Origin: Utricularia gibba
Taxonomy: Eukaryota; Plantae; Magnoliophyta
NCBI GenBank assembly: GCA_002189035.1
Contig: NEEC01000004.1
Location: 4,154,001 to 4,218,000 of the forward strand
Direction: 5' to 3'
DNA length: 64,000 nt
Shown: piece after piece, positions 1-11,464 of the stretch
Numbering within the stretch: position 1 is the first letter of the stretch
How the letters are laid out: the number at the start of each line of letters is the position of its first letter
The notes under the pieces: model-generated
The model's input: only the letters and a program-made list of their open reading frames with translations
Databases searched by the model: none
What the model was told of the DNA's origin: nothing
Made by a program: the position numbers and the translations under genes

Positions 1-425
1 ACACGAAACAGGTTAATGGAGCACATTTTGCAAGTTGCTACAATGGCACTCTCCGTTAGCTTCGGGGGATTCTGTGATACAAACTCAAGAAGCTCGAGCA
101 ATGTGGCTCTTTTGAGCTCCTTTTCTTGGATGTCCTTCCCGGGATCACTAAAATCAAACAACACAGAGCACAGACTTAGCTTACTGATGAAAAGATTCAT
201 CTTTTCTGAACATGGAACATCCTTGAACGCCAGCAACGGCTCAATTCCCGCAATCACACAAGTAGGGAAAACCGCTGCCGAAGGCCGTTTGGTAGCTGGA
301 TTGGAAACATTCGTCCTGAGAGAACTAGGGGACAATGGAGCTGTGCCCGAAGTTGGGTTTCTCGGAGAATCTGGATCTGCCTTTTGAGACTTCCTCGGAA
401 GTTTACCAAGAAATTGCTTCCACAT
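1..425 (-). CDS. PP2A regulatory subunit B' (B56 family), 5' part; CDS continues beyond the left edge
   Basis: The ORF track misses it because there is no stop in the window. Manual minus-strand translation from ATG at 425 gives MWKQFLGKLPRKSQK...KRPSAAVFPTCVIAGIEPLLAFKDVPCSEKMNLFISKLSLCSVLFDFSDPGKDIQEKELKRATLLELLEFV...CKMCSINLFR. This is the characteristic B' N-terminus. Confidence 0.93.
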   Translation of the reverse strand, partial: MWKQFLGKLPRKSQKADPDSPRNPTSGTAPLSPSSLRTNVSNPATKRPSAAVFPTCVIAGIEPLLAFKDVPCSEKMNLFISKLSLCSVLFDFSDPGKDIQEKELKRATLLELLEFVSQNPPKLTESAIVATCKMCSINLFR

Positions 426-3400
426 TCTGATCCGTCACGCTACTTCGTCTAAATCTAACATGAACAAAAATCAAATCCGTCGATAATGACAGCAACTTTA
501 GGGTTTCACGCAGCCCCAGTACCGATGAAATTGGGGATCTGGAGGAGGAAAAGAGTGAAAACAACCCAAACTGAGAATAACCCAATAAATCATCAAAAAG
601 ACAGGATCTTTAAAGTTCCCCATTCAAAGAAAACAGTAAAAACTCACCAATTCATGCAGCAGCAATACATCCGACATCACCCACAAGGGGAAAAAGCGAG
701 AAACAAACAATACTTGCAAGCACGAATCCAACAACTTGTATGACAGCAACAATCAATGCAGACGCTGCTCCACAGAGACGAGCGTTGGATGTCTCAAGCA
801 GAAGCAGAGAAAAACGGTTCTAAATCTTTAAACAGCTGAAAGGGTTGTTGAAATTATTCCCCACCTAGTCGTACCCCTCAAAAGGGACAGAAGCTGAAGC
901 CCCACAAAAAAAGGGTCGAAAAGCCAGAAAACTGCAATCGCAGGTTGGAATCAAACACCCAACCCTTTCTCCCATCTCCATAAACAAGGACAACCACCAC
1001 CACGTCTCAGAATCCGTGCAATTCAAGGAAGCCCCTCATCCCCACCATGGATGAGACGGACGCCAAGGAATTACAATACACGCATTCATATGTTTGCCCC
1101 TCCTTCTACCCTCTGTTCCCTAACCCACTAACGTCGTACTCGTTTTCTATTCACCGAGTGCAGGAAGAAAATTCACCGCGGCCAGGGAAACACTTTCACC
1201 CGGGGCAGTAACTACTCAAAATTACTATTTACTGCCGGAGTCACGTCAAGAAAACGTGCGCCCCCTCACGCCTTCATAAATCTGCTCCCAGCGTGCCTGC
1301 CATCGGATTCTATAGTTACGTCACTTCACAGTCCCAAAATTATTTATTTTTTGTCTTTATTTATTTAATATTCAACTTATTTTTAGTTTCGGAAAAATTG
1401 TATCTATTTAACAATTAAAAAAAATCGAATTTGCTCCAGATCCGATCTCATCGCTGCGCTTTATTCGAAAAATAAAATATCGCGTATCATAATTTGCGGA
1501 CGTGGGCGTTGTACGAATTCAATCAATAAAACAGCGACGTGACGCCCCCATTAAATTGAAATATAAATCATTTTTATTTTTAGACAAAAAAATCATAAAA
1601 ATTGAATAGTGCTGTTAAATGCATCCGGAACTCATTCTCATCTTTCATACATAATCTATACAATTATTCACGGATACATATATAAATTTATGCATACGTA
1701 TTCATTAATTTTTTATTAAAAATTTTAAAATATATATATAAAAATATATAAGTTTTATTATTTAAAAAATTCATTCAAATCTATAATTATAATTTTATTT
1801 TATTTCACTATTGGTTGTTTGGATTATATTTTTTTTATCGAGATTAAAATTATTTTATTCATTCATGTTAATATTGATATTTTTAGATATTAGAATTTTC
1901 TTTTAAATATTTACATATTGATTTATTACTTTATTACTAATAATTAAATTTAAAATTTATATTCAAGTGAATTATTTATTATCATATAGTATTTTTAATA
2001 AATAACTTTTATTTCAAACGCGGATACATTTTTCGTAAATCTTCCAGTAGACTTTATTATAAACATTTTATTATAATAATGTTTACTCGGTTGCTTTTTT
2101 TTTTTATGCGAAATGGTTGTCTGCAAATTCAAGCAGTTTTTTTTCACACACAAATTAAATGAGGAATGACTATTTTTAAAAATCTCCCTTATATCTAAAT
2201 AGAAGTAAATCATTACCTTTATTTTATTTTATTTGAACCGAGTGTTTTACAATGATAGATTTAACCCAATCAGGTTCAATTCAAATCTGTAATTTTTTGG
2301 ATTCGATGTAACAATTGGAAATATTGGATTTCATAATCTTATTTCTAACATATAAAAATATTCAATCTAAAATAATGATTAAATCAAAAAATGAGTTGAA
2401 TTTGTATGCAGAACAGTTGACTTCAAAGTTCAATCATGCATAAGTATTTAGGTATGATTTGGTGATGGCAAGGACATGGTAGTTGATGGCCACATGGATA
2501 TAACGTGAATGAATTATTTAAGTATATGTTTGCTAGGTAGCATTTAATAAGATATGATTATTAGGAAAAAGATCTTTCATTAGAAACTTGAGATTTGAAA
2601 CGTTTAGGATTTGGAAATGAAATGAAAGAGAAAGGGATGAGATTTGAATATTTAAATTGGCATAAGATAATTTTATTTTTTAACAATATATTAATATGAT
2701 TCTTTTTTTCGCAATCTCAATTTGTTCAAGTAAATCGATATTTGATATGTATTTTGAAAAAATGTATATATTTTCAATCATAATTTCTTTAAAAGTGTAT
2801 ATATTTAATTTTATTGTTAAATATATTACTTTCCCATCTAATATCCAAATTAAAGACGATAGCAAATTTTTCAAATGGGTAGAGTGAAATATTTTAATTA
2901 TAAAATTTTCTAATTATTCGAACTCATTATGCATATAATAATTTTGGGTTTTCAGACAGGATATATATTGAAATCGCTCATTCAATCATAAATCGTGTTT
3001 TATTTTATAAGGTCATTTATAAAAGTAAGCATAGTGGGTGTATCTCTCATGCATTAAAATCAATTTTTTGATATATACGATGTTTATTTTTTTAATATAC
3101 TAAAAGTAGTATTATTACTTTTCTAATACATACCCCCTTTATAAACGGTGTATTGGGATTAGGCAGCAATCAAGAATGATGGTGTAGTTTTGTTTGCATT
3201 TTTACTTTTTTAAAAAAGGAATTTAAAAAGAGAGATCAATAATGGATGTCAGGGGTCGAAGGGAAATAAACCAAGAATGTGGGGGTCAAATGTGAGATAA
3301 ATGATTTCATTCCAAAAAGTCCACTCCGCGAAGCCGAGAAGCTGCGGCTCCGGTATCGGAAGTAATGAGTAATTCCTTCTTGGAATTCAGGTGTGTTCTT

Positions 3401-4097
3401 CGAAATATTCACCATTGATTCGCATCTTCAAAGCCTTTGCTTCAGATTCTTTTGAGTTTGTTGAAATATGCTGTCAATTCTAAGTTGTTGGCGGGTCTTA
3501 TCATCTTCGGTGTTTTCGTGTTGTGTTTTGAATGATATCAGTTTGTTTTGATTTTTCTGGTGATAAAAAGAGTCTATTAGGAGGTGGGTATTGTGCGTCT
3601 CGGTGGGTTTCTGGGTTTATGCTTTGCGCCGTTGCTCTTGAAATTGCGGTTTATTTTTTGAGGAGCGAAAGCTGTTTCAGTTGATGAAATTTGCTGATGA
3701 GCTATATGATTGCGTGTTTGTAGCTAAGTATGGCATGATTATTCACTCTAATACCTTTCTTTTTGGTTTTCAAGTTTGTTTACGGTTCATTTTTTATAGT
3801 AGTTCATGCTTTTCTCGTGTAGGGATGTCGCTTAAAAGTGTGGTTTCTTGTCTGGTTATTCATTAAGCACCGGCATGCTTTGGTACTCATGTGTAATTGT
3901 GTGAAGAGGGTGGAATGAGCTCTGACCATTGTGGTTTTGCTTTGAATTGGTATCTCAGCTCCGTTACGCCATCATTGGTGTGTAAGCTAGAGCAATTCTA
4001 TGCCCGGCTTCGGTGAATTAAAGGGTCTAAAAAAACTTCTGATTCACCTGAAAAAGGGGATCATTGAAGTGGTTGTGCTTGCAAATTCCGTTTGGTG

Positions 4098-5622
4098 ATG
4101 GAACGGACAGACTATCATCTTGGCATTGAACATGTTGTCGACATACCTAGTAGCTGTGATGCTTCCTCTAGTTCATCCAACGAAAGGCCCTCCTATGGCT
4201 CGGAGCATCCAAGGAGTGATGAGCCATCTACCAGTTCAGCTGCTCCTATGTATCAGCCTCAACTTTTACCTACTGGTGAATCACAAACAAGGAGTTCACT
4301 AACAACACGAAGGGGAGGCAATCGAGCCCGCCAAAGGAGTCCACTAAATTCTGCTCTATGGATATCTGTTGAGCTAATTTTAACAGTTAGCCAGATTGTT
4401 GCAGCAATTGTGGTTTTGTCCTTATCAAAGCATGAGAAACCTCGTGCTCCTTTGAAAACTTGGATTGTAGGCTATGCATCAGGCTGCTTTTTAGTTCTGC
4501 CTGTTCTCTACTGGCGTTTCATAAATCGACTTCAATCATCAGAGCAGGACTCGTCTCAACATCATCAGGGTCCCTTGCAGGCGAATAATTCTGCTGTTCC
4601 TTTGACTAGAGGATCAGCAGATGGACCAGATAACTGGACATCTGGCACAGCAGGCAGAACCAATCAGGCCATTGGATTATCAAATTCCAGGTATTATGTT
4701 CGTTTTGCTGGATTCTCATTCTCAAGGTTTTCTTTTAATTTCAAGGAAATCCAAAGTGTTAGAAATATATGTTTCCCATTTTGATCTTTTCCCGGAATTA
4801 AGGAAATCTGGTTATACTTTTCAGGATAAAGGTCTCTATCGAGTATTTAAAGATGGGTTTGGATTGCTTCTTTGCTGTTTGGTTTGTGGTTGGCAATGTG
4901 TGGATTTTTGGAGGGCATGCATCATCTTCTGAAGCCCCTAACATTTACAGGTAGCTCGACTCTTTCCAAATGCAACATGCAGTGGTTAAATCGATATTTT
5001 TTTTTTTTGCAACAATGGCCATTTGATTGATGGTTTAAATTCTCAGGTTATGTATTGTCTTCCTCACAATCAGCTGCATCGGATACGCAATGCCATTTAT
5101 TCTGTGTGCGGCAATCTGCTGCTGTCTTCCATGTTTTGTATCAGTCTTAGGATTCAGAGAAGATCTCTCTCAGGCTCGTGGAGCTACCCAAGATTCAATT
5201 AATTCCCTACCAACTCATCGATTCAAACTCAAGAAAAACACCAGCAACAATGACAAAGAATGCAGCTCCAGCGCCGGCGAGGGTGGCATAATAGCTGCTG
5301 GAACAGAGAGAGAGCGTGTTCTATCTGGAGAGGATGCAGTAAGCTTCATCTGAACGACCTTATAATTTAGCCAACTTGGTTTCAGTTTTTACACAATTTT
5401 GATGCAGTGATCCCTTCCTTCCCACAGATATGTTGCATCTGCTTAGCGAAGTACGTAAACCATGACGAGCTACGTGAGCTGCCTTGCTCCCATTTCTTCC
5501 ACAAACACTGTGTTGATAAATGGCTGAGAATCAATGCTTCATGCCCTCTCTGCAAATCTGAGGTTGGTGAGACTGTTCTGAGTTCACTGAGAGACGCAAC
5601 TGCCAGCCTCCGAAACTTCTGA
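4098..5622 (+). CDS. Transmembrane RING-H2 E3 ubiquitin ligase (4 coding exons)
   Basis: Exons at about 4098-4690, 4825-4950, 5047-5338 and 5428-5622 with GT-AG introns. Hydrophobic segments ([23 protein letters not shown]; [19 protein letters not shown]; [18 protein letters not shown]) precede the RING-H2 [42 protein letters not shown]. Confidence 0.93.
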
Positions 5623-5981
5623 TTTCTGAAAGCTTCACCCTTTGTACATTTCTGCAAATTCCCTTACACAAATGTCTTAGCATTGGCGGTTTCGGTTTCA
5701 CTAAGAACGAGCTCATGAACACGCAAATAGTACAGACTACACGCGTACTCACACGATTCAATCCATGAGTTCTTTGTTTTTGCATTTGTATAGTTCCAAT
5801 GAAACCGTTTCCACACATTGCTAAGGTTGCATGGCAAGAGATCTTACAATGTGGACTGAAATTTTAAAGAGCACCAAATGAAACCAAGCTCCCAGTAATA
5901 GGCACAGCACAGCAAAATTGTCCATGTTTATTGAGTTCGTCTCCATGCCTACAAAGAAGCTCCGGTGGTGCTGCGTTTGCA

Positions 5982-7658
5982 TCACCGTGCCGGCTGCTGG
6001 TTGTAATGGTTCTTCTCTTTCTTTTTAGCAGCAGCGAGCTTGGCGCTTCTTGCAGCAGCCTCCAGAGCTGCAGCCCTTGCAGCACCATCCACCTCTTTGT
6101 TGGACTTCTTTTTCTTAGCAAGAGTCACCTTCTTCAATCGCTCTTTCACATCAACTGAAGAATCATTGTTCTCTCCAGTTTCTTCTTGTTCATCTGGAGC
6201 TGCTGAATTTTTAGCCTGATCTTGAGGCTCCTTGTCCTCCTTCAAAGCCTTTTCCTTCTTTTTTTTCTTTTTTGCAGTCTTGGAGTCTGCTGTAGCACCA
6301 TCTTTCTTGTCTTCATCTCCATTACGCTGATCCTTCCTGTCCCTTGACACCTCTGCTAACGATGGAAACAGAAAAACACAGATCACATGTTAAAACACAA
6401 GAATGACTCTAAACAAGCTGAAAACCAAGACTTTAAATATTTTTCTTACAAAATTTGAATGCAATATAACTGGAGAGAGGAAAAGATTACCAGTTTGTTC
6501 CTTTTCCCCTTTCTCTTTTGAGCTCACTCCGAAATCAGCTAATATTGCTTCAAGTTCTGCTAGCTCTTTCTTCTTCCTTTCCTTCTTGGAAAGCTGTTTC
6601 TCTGCTTCTTTGGGTGCTGCAGGAAGTTCAACAGGCTCTTTAACCACATGTACATCCTCTTCATGAACATCTGTTTCATGCTCATGCTCATCTTCTAAAT
6701 CATCATCACCCTCATCAAGAAGTTCGTCCTCGCTTCCAATTTCCTGTTATTTTTTTTTTTCAGAGACAACCCACAAGAACCCGAAACATAGTTAAAAACA
6801 TTCTAGAAACAAGAATGGATGAAGACGATAATGCAGAAGGAACTCCCCAGCAGGAACACAAATGCCAGTTAGCAAGTGAAACAAATGCGAATATGGTAGC
6901 AGCTGGAAACATATAAGTAGTCATAGAAAGGAAAACAATGTCAAGGTTAATAGCAAACAGGCTCGAATAAGATGCATGACCATATGGCTAGCGCTTGCTC
7001 TTTTATAAACCTTCTATCAACAATTCAGACATTGCAGTTCATTGTTTGAATGAAGAAGAAATGGGAATTCAAATAACGATAAGCAACATTACATACACGT
7101 ACAATGTGGTTAAATGAGAGGAGCATACATAAATACAGCACAAGAGAGGACACCATAACACACACATTCAATTTCCCAACAGAGTTGATTGGGAAATCTC
7201 AAGCACTGAATGCCAAAGGTAACGCAGAGCAGTAAGAAGCAAACTCAAAAAAAAAAAAAAAAACATCAAAATATCATATTAAATCAACATGAAACACAGT
7301 AATATCCTCCTTGTACCTCAGAGATATCAGGTTTATGCAACTCATCAGCTTTATCAGAGGCAGAGCCACCCCAAATCGCCTGAGGAGGAGCAGTGGTAGC
7401 ATAATAGTCGTCATCATCATCATCATCCACATCAGCCCATGACTTCACGGTTAAGGGCGCGGGAGCCCAGTACACCTCCTTTTGGTCTGCGATTTCCTTC
7501 AATTTCCCAGTACCATCACCTTTCAACGCTCCCTTAATTCCATTGGCTCCCTTCTCCTTATCAGGCCTTTTCTTTTTCCTTCTTTCCAGAGCAGCAAAAA
7601 CATTAGAGTTGCTAACCGTGAAAGATCCCTCATCCTTCCTGCTACCCCTTCCAACCAT
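5982..7658 (-). CDS. Conserved plant Lys/Glu-rich protein of unknown function (resembles Arabidopsis At4g32610, from memory); 3 coding exons
   Basis: Exons at about 7658-7317, 6743-6491 and 6352-5982, GT-AG bounded. Motifs: MVGRGSRKDEGS..SNSNVFAAL, VYWAPAPLTVKSWADVDDDDDDDYYATTAPP, KEAEKQLSKKERKKKELAELEAILADFGV, AAARSAKLAAAKKKEKNHYNQQPAR. Confidence 0.88.
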
Positions 7659-8413
7659 CTTCCAATTCCTCTCGAACACACAACGTTAGACAAACACGTA
7701 ATACAAACAATTCCACAATTCACGCCCACAACTGTATCCCAAAAAAAAAGAAAAGAAATTGACGAAACCCCAATTCAAGAACTTGTCGATCAAGAAAGTT
7801 GAATAATTATTTGATTTTTTTCCCTATGATCCAAAACAAAAAAGGCTAGCTTTCACAATGAACGTTATAAAAAAAGAAGTTGAGGATAAAAGGAATGACG
7901 GGTTAGATGGGGGATGCAGAGTAGAATGAAAAAACACAAAAGGTAGGAGCTTCTTAGGGTTCTAAGAATGCGGATAGGATCGCAAGAATCAGCAGCGCAG
8001 CAGTTCTTAAAAATCATAAACGCAGAGAGACGAGCCCCGGCCACGGGATATGAAGGTATGGCCGAGTGGTGCAGCAGATAACGCGATGTGCTTCTGCCGC
8101 TTGGACTTTCTTTCTTTCTTCAGTTTTGAACCCAAAAGTTCCTCAATTTGCGCAAGAAAAAAAAAAAGCTTCCTACATTTGAGTAATTGCAATTAATTTT
8201 CATTGGCTAAAGTTTCAGCTTCTGGTAAATGTCATCACGCCTGCTCTCCTGCCCTGCATGAATATGCCTCAATACCCTCCTGTTAGGAGAAAATCAAAAG
8301 CCCTAGACTTGCAGCTGCAGCAGTATTCCTCCAGGGGTTCTTGATTCCAGGGGAAAGGTAGCATCTTTCGTCTTCCCGTTTGTAGGCTGCCACTCAAATT
8401 TCTGTCTTCCCGA

Positions 8414-9610
8414 ATGATTCCTTTGGTTGCACGTTTCTTCTCTACACGGCATTCTCCAGTTGTTGTACTGAAACCTTTCTCCCTTTTCTGCCCAGTTTCC
8501 TGCTTCTCCACCTCCTTCTTGGTCACGAAGACCCCCAAGAAATTCAGGAAGAAGCGTAAGAAGAAGGAGAGTCCACGTACAACACTCGTTCAAACATCTC
8601 CCAATCTCATTCATCACTTCGAAGAAATACTCCGCAGAGATACCCATTTCAGATTCCTGTCCAGATGCAAAGAATTCCTCTCCAAGCAGGAGGATCATGT
8701 CCTCCGCCTCGACGATGCAGGAAAGCTTCATCAGCAGCTCGGTTTTCCCCGTGGTCGAAAGGTAATCAGGTTCATTCTCCGTCACCCTCTTATCTTCCAG
8801 ACTTATCGGCATTCCGACTATAGTTGCTGGGTTGGTTTTACCGATTTCATGGAGGATTTGTTGAGTAGAGAAGATGAGATCATGAACGAATTGGAAGCCA
8901 AGAGGGTCGATGTTGTTAGGAAGTTACTGATGATGTCTGTGAATAAAAGGATACCATTGAGTAAAATTTATCATAACAGGGTGCTGTTTGGGATCCCTGA
9001 GAACTTCAGGGAAAGAATCTCTAAGCACCCCGAGTATTTCAGGTTGATTGTGGAAGAAGACAGGAGGCAAATTCTTGAGCTTGTTGAATGGGATCCTTCT
9101 TTGGCTGTGAGTGCTTTGGAGAAGCAATATATAGTTGATGAGGAAAAGGTGAAATCTGCTTTCAAATTTCCAGTCAAGCATGGGAGAAGTTTGGAACTGG
9201 AAGTAGCAGATGAGAAGAAACTGAACATGTTAAACACATTGCCTCTGGTCTCTCCATATTCCGATGGAAGCAAGTTTGATTTGTGGACTTTGGAAGCAGA
9301 GAAGCATAGACTGGGTATAATACACGAGTTTTTGAGCTTGACATTGGAAAAAAGAGCGTACATACATAACATTGTGGAGTTCAAGGAGGAGTTTAACTTG
9401 ACTAAACACACCTATCAGATGCTATTGAAGCAGCCTCGAACTTTCTATTTGGCAGGCACTGAGATGAACTGGTGTGTGTTTCTCAAGAATGCATATGGCG
9501 AAGATGGACAGCTCATCAACAAGGACCCTCAAGTACTGTTCAATGAAAAACTTTACAAATACGCAGAGATGAAAGAGGCTCAATCAGGGACAGATGCTGA
9601 AATCGAATGA
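8414..9610 (+). CDS. PORR (plant organelle RNA recognition) domain protein, single exon
   Basis: Intact 398-aa ORF with a Ser/Phe-rich, transit-peptide-like N-terminus. PORR-type motifs: VRKLLMMSVNKRIPLSKI, FGIPENF, LELVEWDPSLAVSALE, LVSPY, AEKHRLGIIHEFLSLTLEKR, FYLAG, VFLKNAY. Confidence 0.9.
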   Translation: MIPLVARFFSTRHSPVVVLKPFSLFCPVSCFSTSFLVTKTPKKFRKKRKKKESPRTTLVQTSPNLIHHFEEILRRDTHFRFLSRCKEFLSKQEDHVLRLDDAGKLHQQLGFPRGRKVIRFILRHPLIFQTYRHSDYSCWVGFTDFMEDLLSREDEIMNELEAKRVDVVRKLLMMSVNKRIPLSKIYHNRVLFGIPENFRERISKHPEYFRLIVEEDRRQILELVEWDPSLAVSALEKQYIVDEEKVKSAFKFPVKHGRSLELEVADEKKLNMLNTLPLVSPYSDGSKFDLWTLEAEKHRLGIIHEFLSLTLEKRAYIHNIVEFKEEFNLTKHTYQMLLKQPRTFYLAGTEMNWCVFLKNAYGEDGQLINKDPQVLFNEKLYKYAEMKEAQSGTDAEIE

Positions 9611-9869
9611 GAAACAAGAGTCGAAGAACTGCTACTCTTTCAACCAGAGGGGATTCGTGCTTGAAACTGTTTCCCACGTAGGGGTTCTTTTTCTTTTTCA
9701 TGTGGAAGGCGGAACAACCATAAATCACCACACAACTGGAGGTGTAAGGTTCAGGCTTCTTCCCCAGTCTCCAGATTTTGTCACTAACCATTTATGTGAA
9801 TCATACCTTCAGCACACCAAAACTCTGCTCCTCCCCTTCTATCATGTGATTGATTCCTTTACCTGCTAC

Positions 9870-10110
9870 TTCAGCATTGCTTGATGGTTGCAGGATGAAA
9901 GCAGCTCCCATTCCTCATCATGGTTCTATCTCGGTGGCCTCTTTCAAACAGGGATAGCATCGTTGCGGTTGCTTCTAGAAACCAGCACCAATCTAGCATC
10001 GTCTTCATCATCCTCTGGCCCTTTTTCCATTGAAGGCAATCCAACGTATCCTCATGAAAGCACAAACCTCCATTGAATCACGACCTCCAGAATGCCCATC
10101 CGAGTGAGCC
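9870..10110 (-). pseudogene. Possible decayed receptor-like kinase C-terminal exon fragment
   Basis: Broken-frame similarity by eye to the S-domain/CRK kinase tail. Pieces SLGWAFW, MRI, YVGL, EKGPED and DAIPV*KRP parallel LGYAW..MRCIHVGLLCVQE.PEDRP..LPVPKRP. Stops and indels throughout. Confidence 0.3.
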
Positions 10111-10621
10111 TTTTGTTGAGCTTGCCACCTCTACACCTCGGAACTTATAGGATCATCTGTTTTTTTATGAAATTAATATTGGATATTTTAATCTAAATAT
10201 ATTATATATGGTTTTTTCACTTACAGTAAATATTTATTTTTAGAATTTCAAAATGAATATTTAAATATATTCGAAGTAAAAATACTAGAAACTTATTGGT
10301 TATTATATTCTATTTTTTTGGTAATTTATAATGCCTTTGGTGTCCATATTTAAATTTTTTTTTTTACACTTCATTTGATAAAAATAGGCATGTGAGCAAA
10401 CTTGTCATGAAAAAAAATTAAAATTTTAAATGAATAATATACTTAAATATTAATTAAAATGATTTTTAGATATATTTATAAATATTTAGCTATATTTGGG
10501 ACAATTAAATAAAATTATATATTTATAGTAACCTAAAATACCAATTAATATTCAAAAAATATCGATTATTATATAATTTAAAAATTAAAAGACATCCGTT
10601 TTTCTTTTTTGGGGTTTCTTT

Positions 10622-11379
10622 TTGACCCCTGATCGCTAGGAGGATGCCGAGGGACGACGGCGGAATTGGTTCCGTTGACTTGACTTGGGGGTGCACGAAT
10701 CGCCGGGGTATCTCACAACATTAATTTACTCAGCCTTCGTGGTCGGAAGTCACTGCTTTCTCTTCTGTCCTGTTTGACTTCCTGCTGAGGTGACACGTGT
10801 GTGGAATACACGAATGAGCTCCGGACAACACCTCCCTTGTTGCGCAATGTCAATGCTCGGCGTCAGCGCTTGCACCATCCGCCAGAAAGATGAGAGGACA
10901 AGGCACTGGGTTCGTATCCCGAGCTAAAATTCAGAAGTGAATTTGGTATGATCAGAACTGGAATCATGATACGCTTTGCTCTATGGAGAAGAAAAATGGA
11001 TGTCTCGTTGGCCATCCTCCTCCTTGACTGATGAGAATCGTAAGGTTGAGTCTGAAAATCTGTCATGCATGGAGGAACTGATAAGTCAGTCCTTCCTTCT
11101 AGAAGAACCCCTGTCACGGTTTCATTCTTTCTAGTTTTCTACTAATTAATGCAGCCTAAGGTGTAGAAGAAGCTCGTGCTCAGAAAAAAAAAAATGGATA
11201 TACTAGTAATAGATATCATAGATTATCTTAGTCAACTATCAGTATTCTTTCATTACCAGAAAGCTAGTATGCACTCGTGTCCTTGCTTCTAGAATGGGGA
11301 TTCTGAAATCCTCCATGCTTTAAGCATGTTGAATAGACTCCCCTTAGTTTTATGAGCATCATCGCTTACATCATTGACC
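10622..11379. promoter_or_regulatory. W-box (TTGACY) cluster plus G-box upstream of ABCG copy 1
   Basis: TTGACY at 10622, 10675, 10680, 10774, 11024 and 11374, AGTCAA at 11230, and CACGTG at about 10795. All lie within about 850 bp of the start codon. Confidence 0.55.
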
Positions 11380-11464
11380 TCGCTCCTCCCTCCATGTCAA
11401 CCCCTTCTGAACTTTATAGAAGATCATGATTTGGTGTGATGCTGTTTCGTGGAGGGTGCTGTGA

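Noticed and set aside
16-387. 123-aa plus-strand ORF
   Set aside because: It is the antisense shadow of the PP2A B' coding exon on the minus strand.
8055-8135. tRNA-like A-box (TGGCCGAGTGGT) with a loose GTTTTGAACCC downstream
   Set aside because: No acceptor or anticodon stems and no proper B-box; it lies in a promoter/5' UTR interval.
10835-10925. T-arm-like GGGTTCGTATCCC suggesting a tRNA or SINE
   Set aside because: No cloverleaf, the A-box match is poor and too distant, and there is no poly(A)/T tail or target-site duplication.
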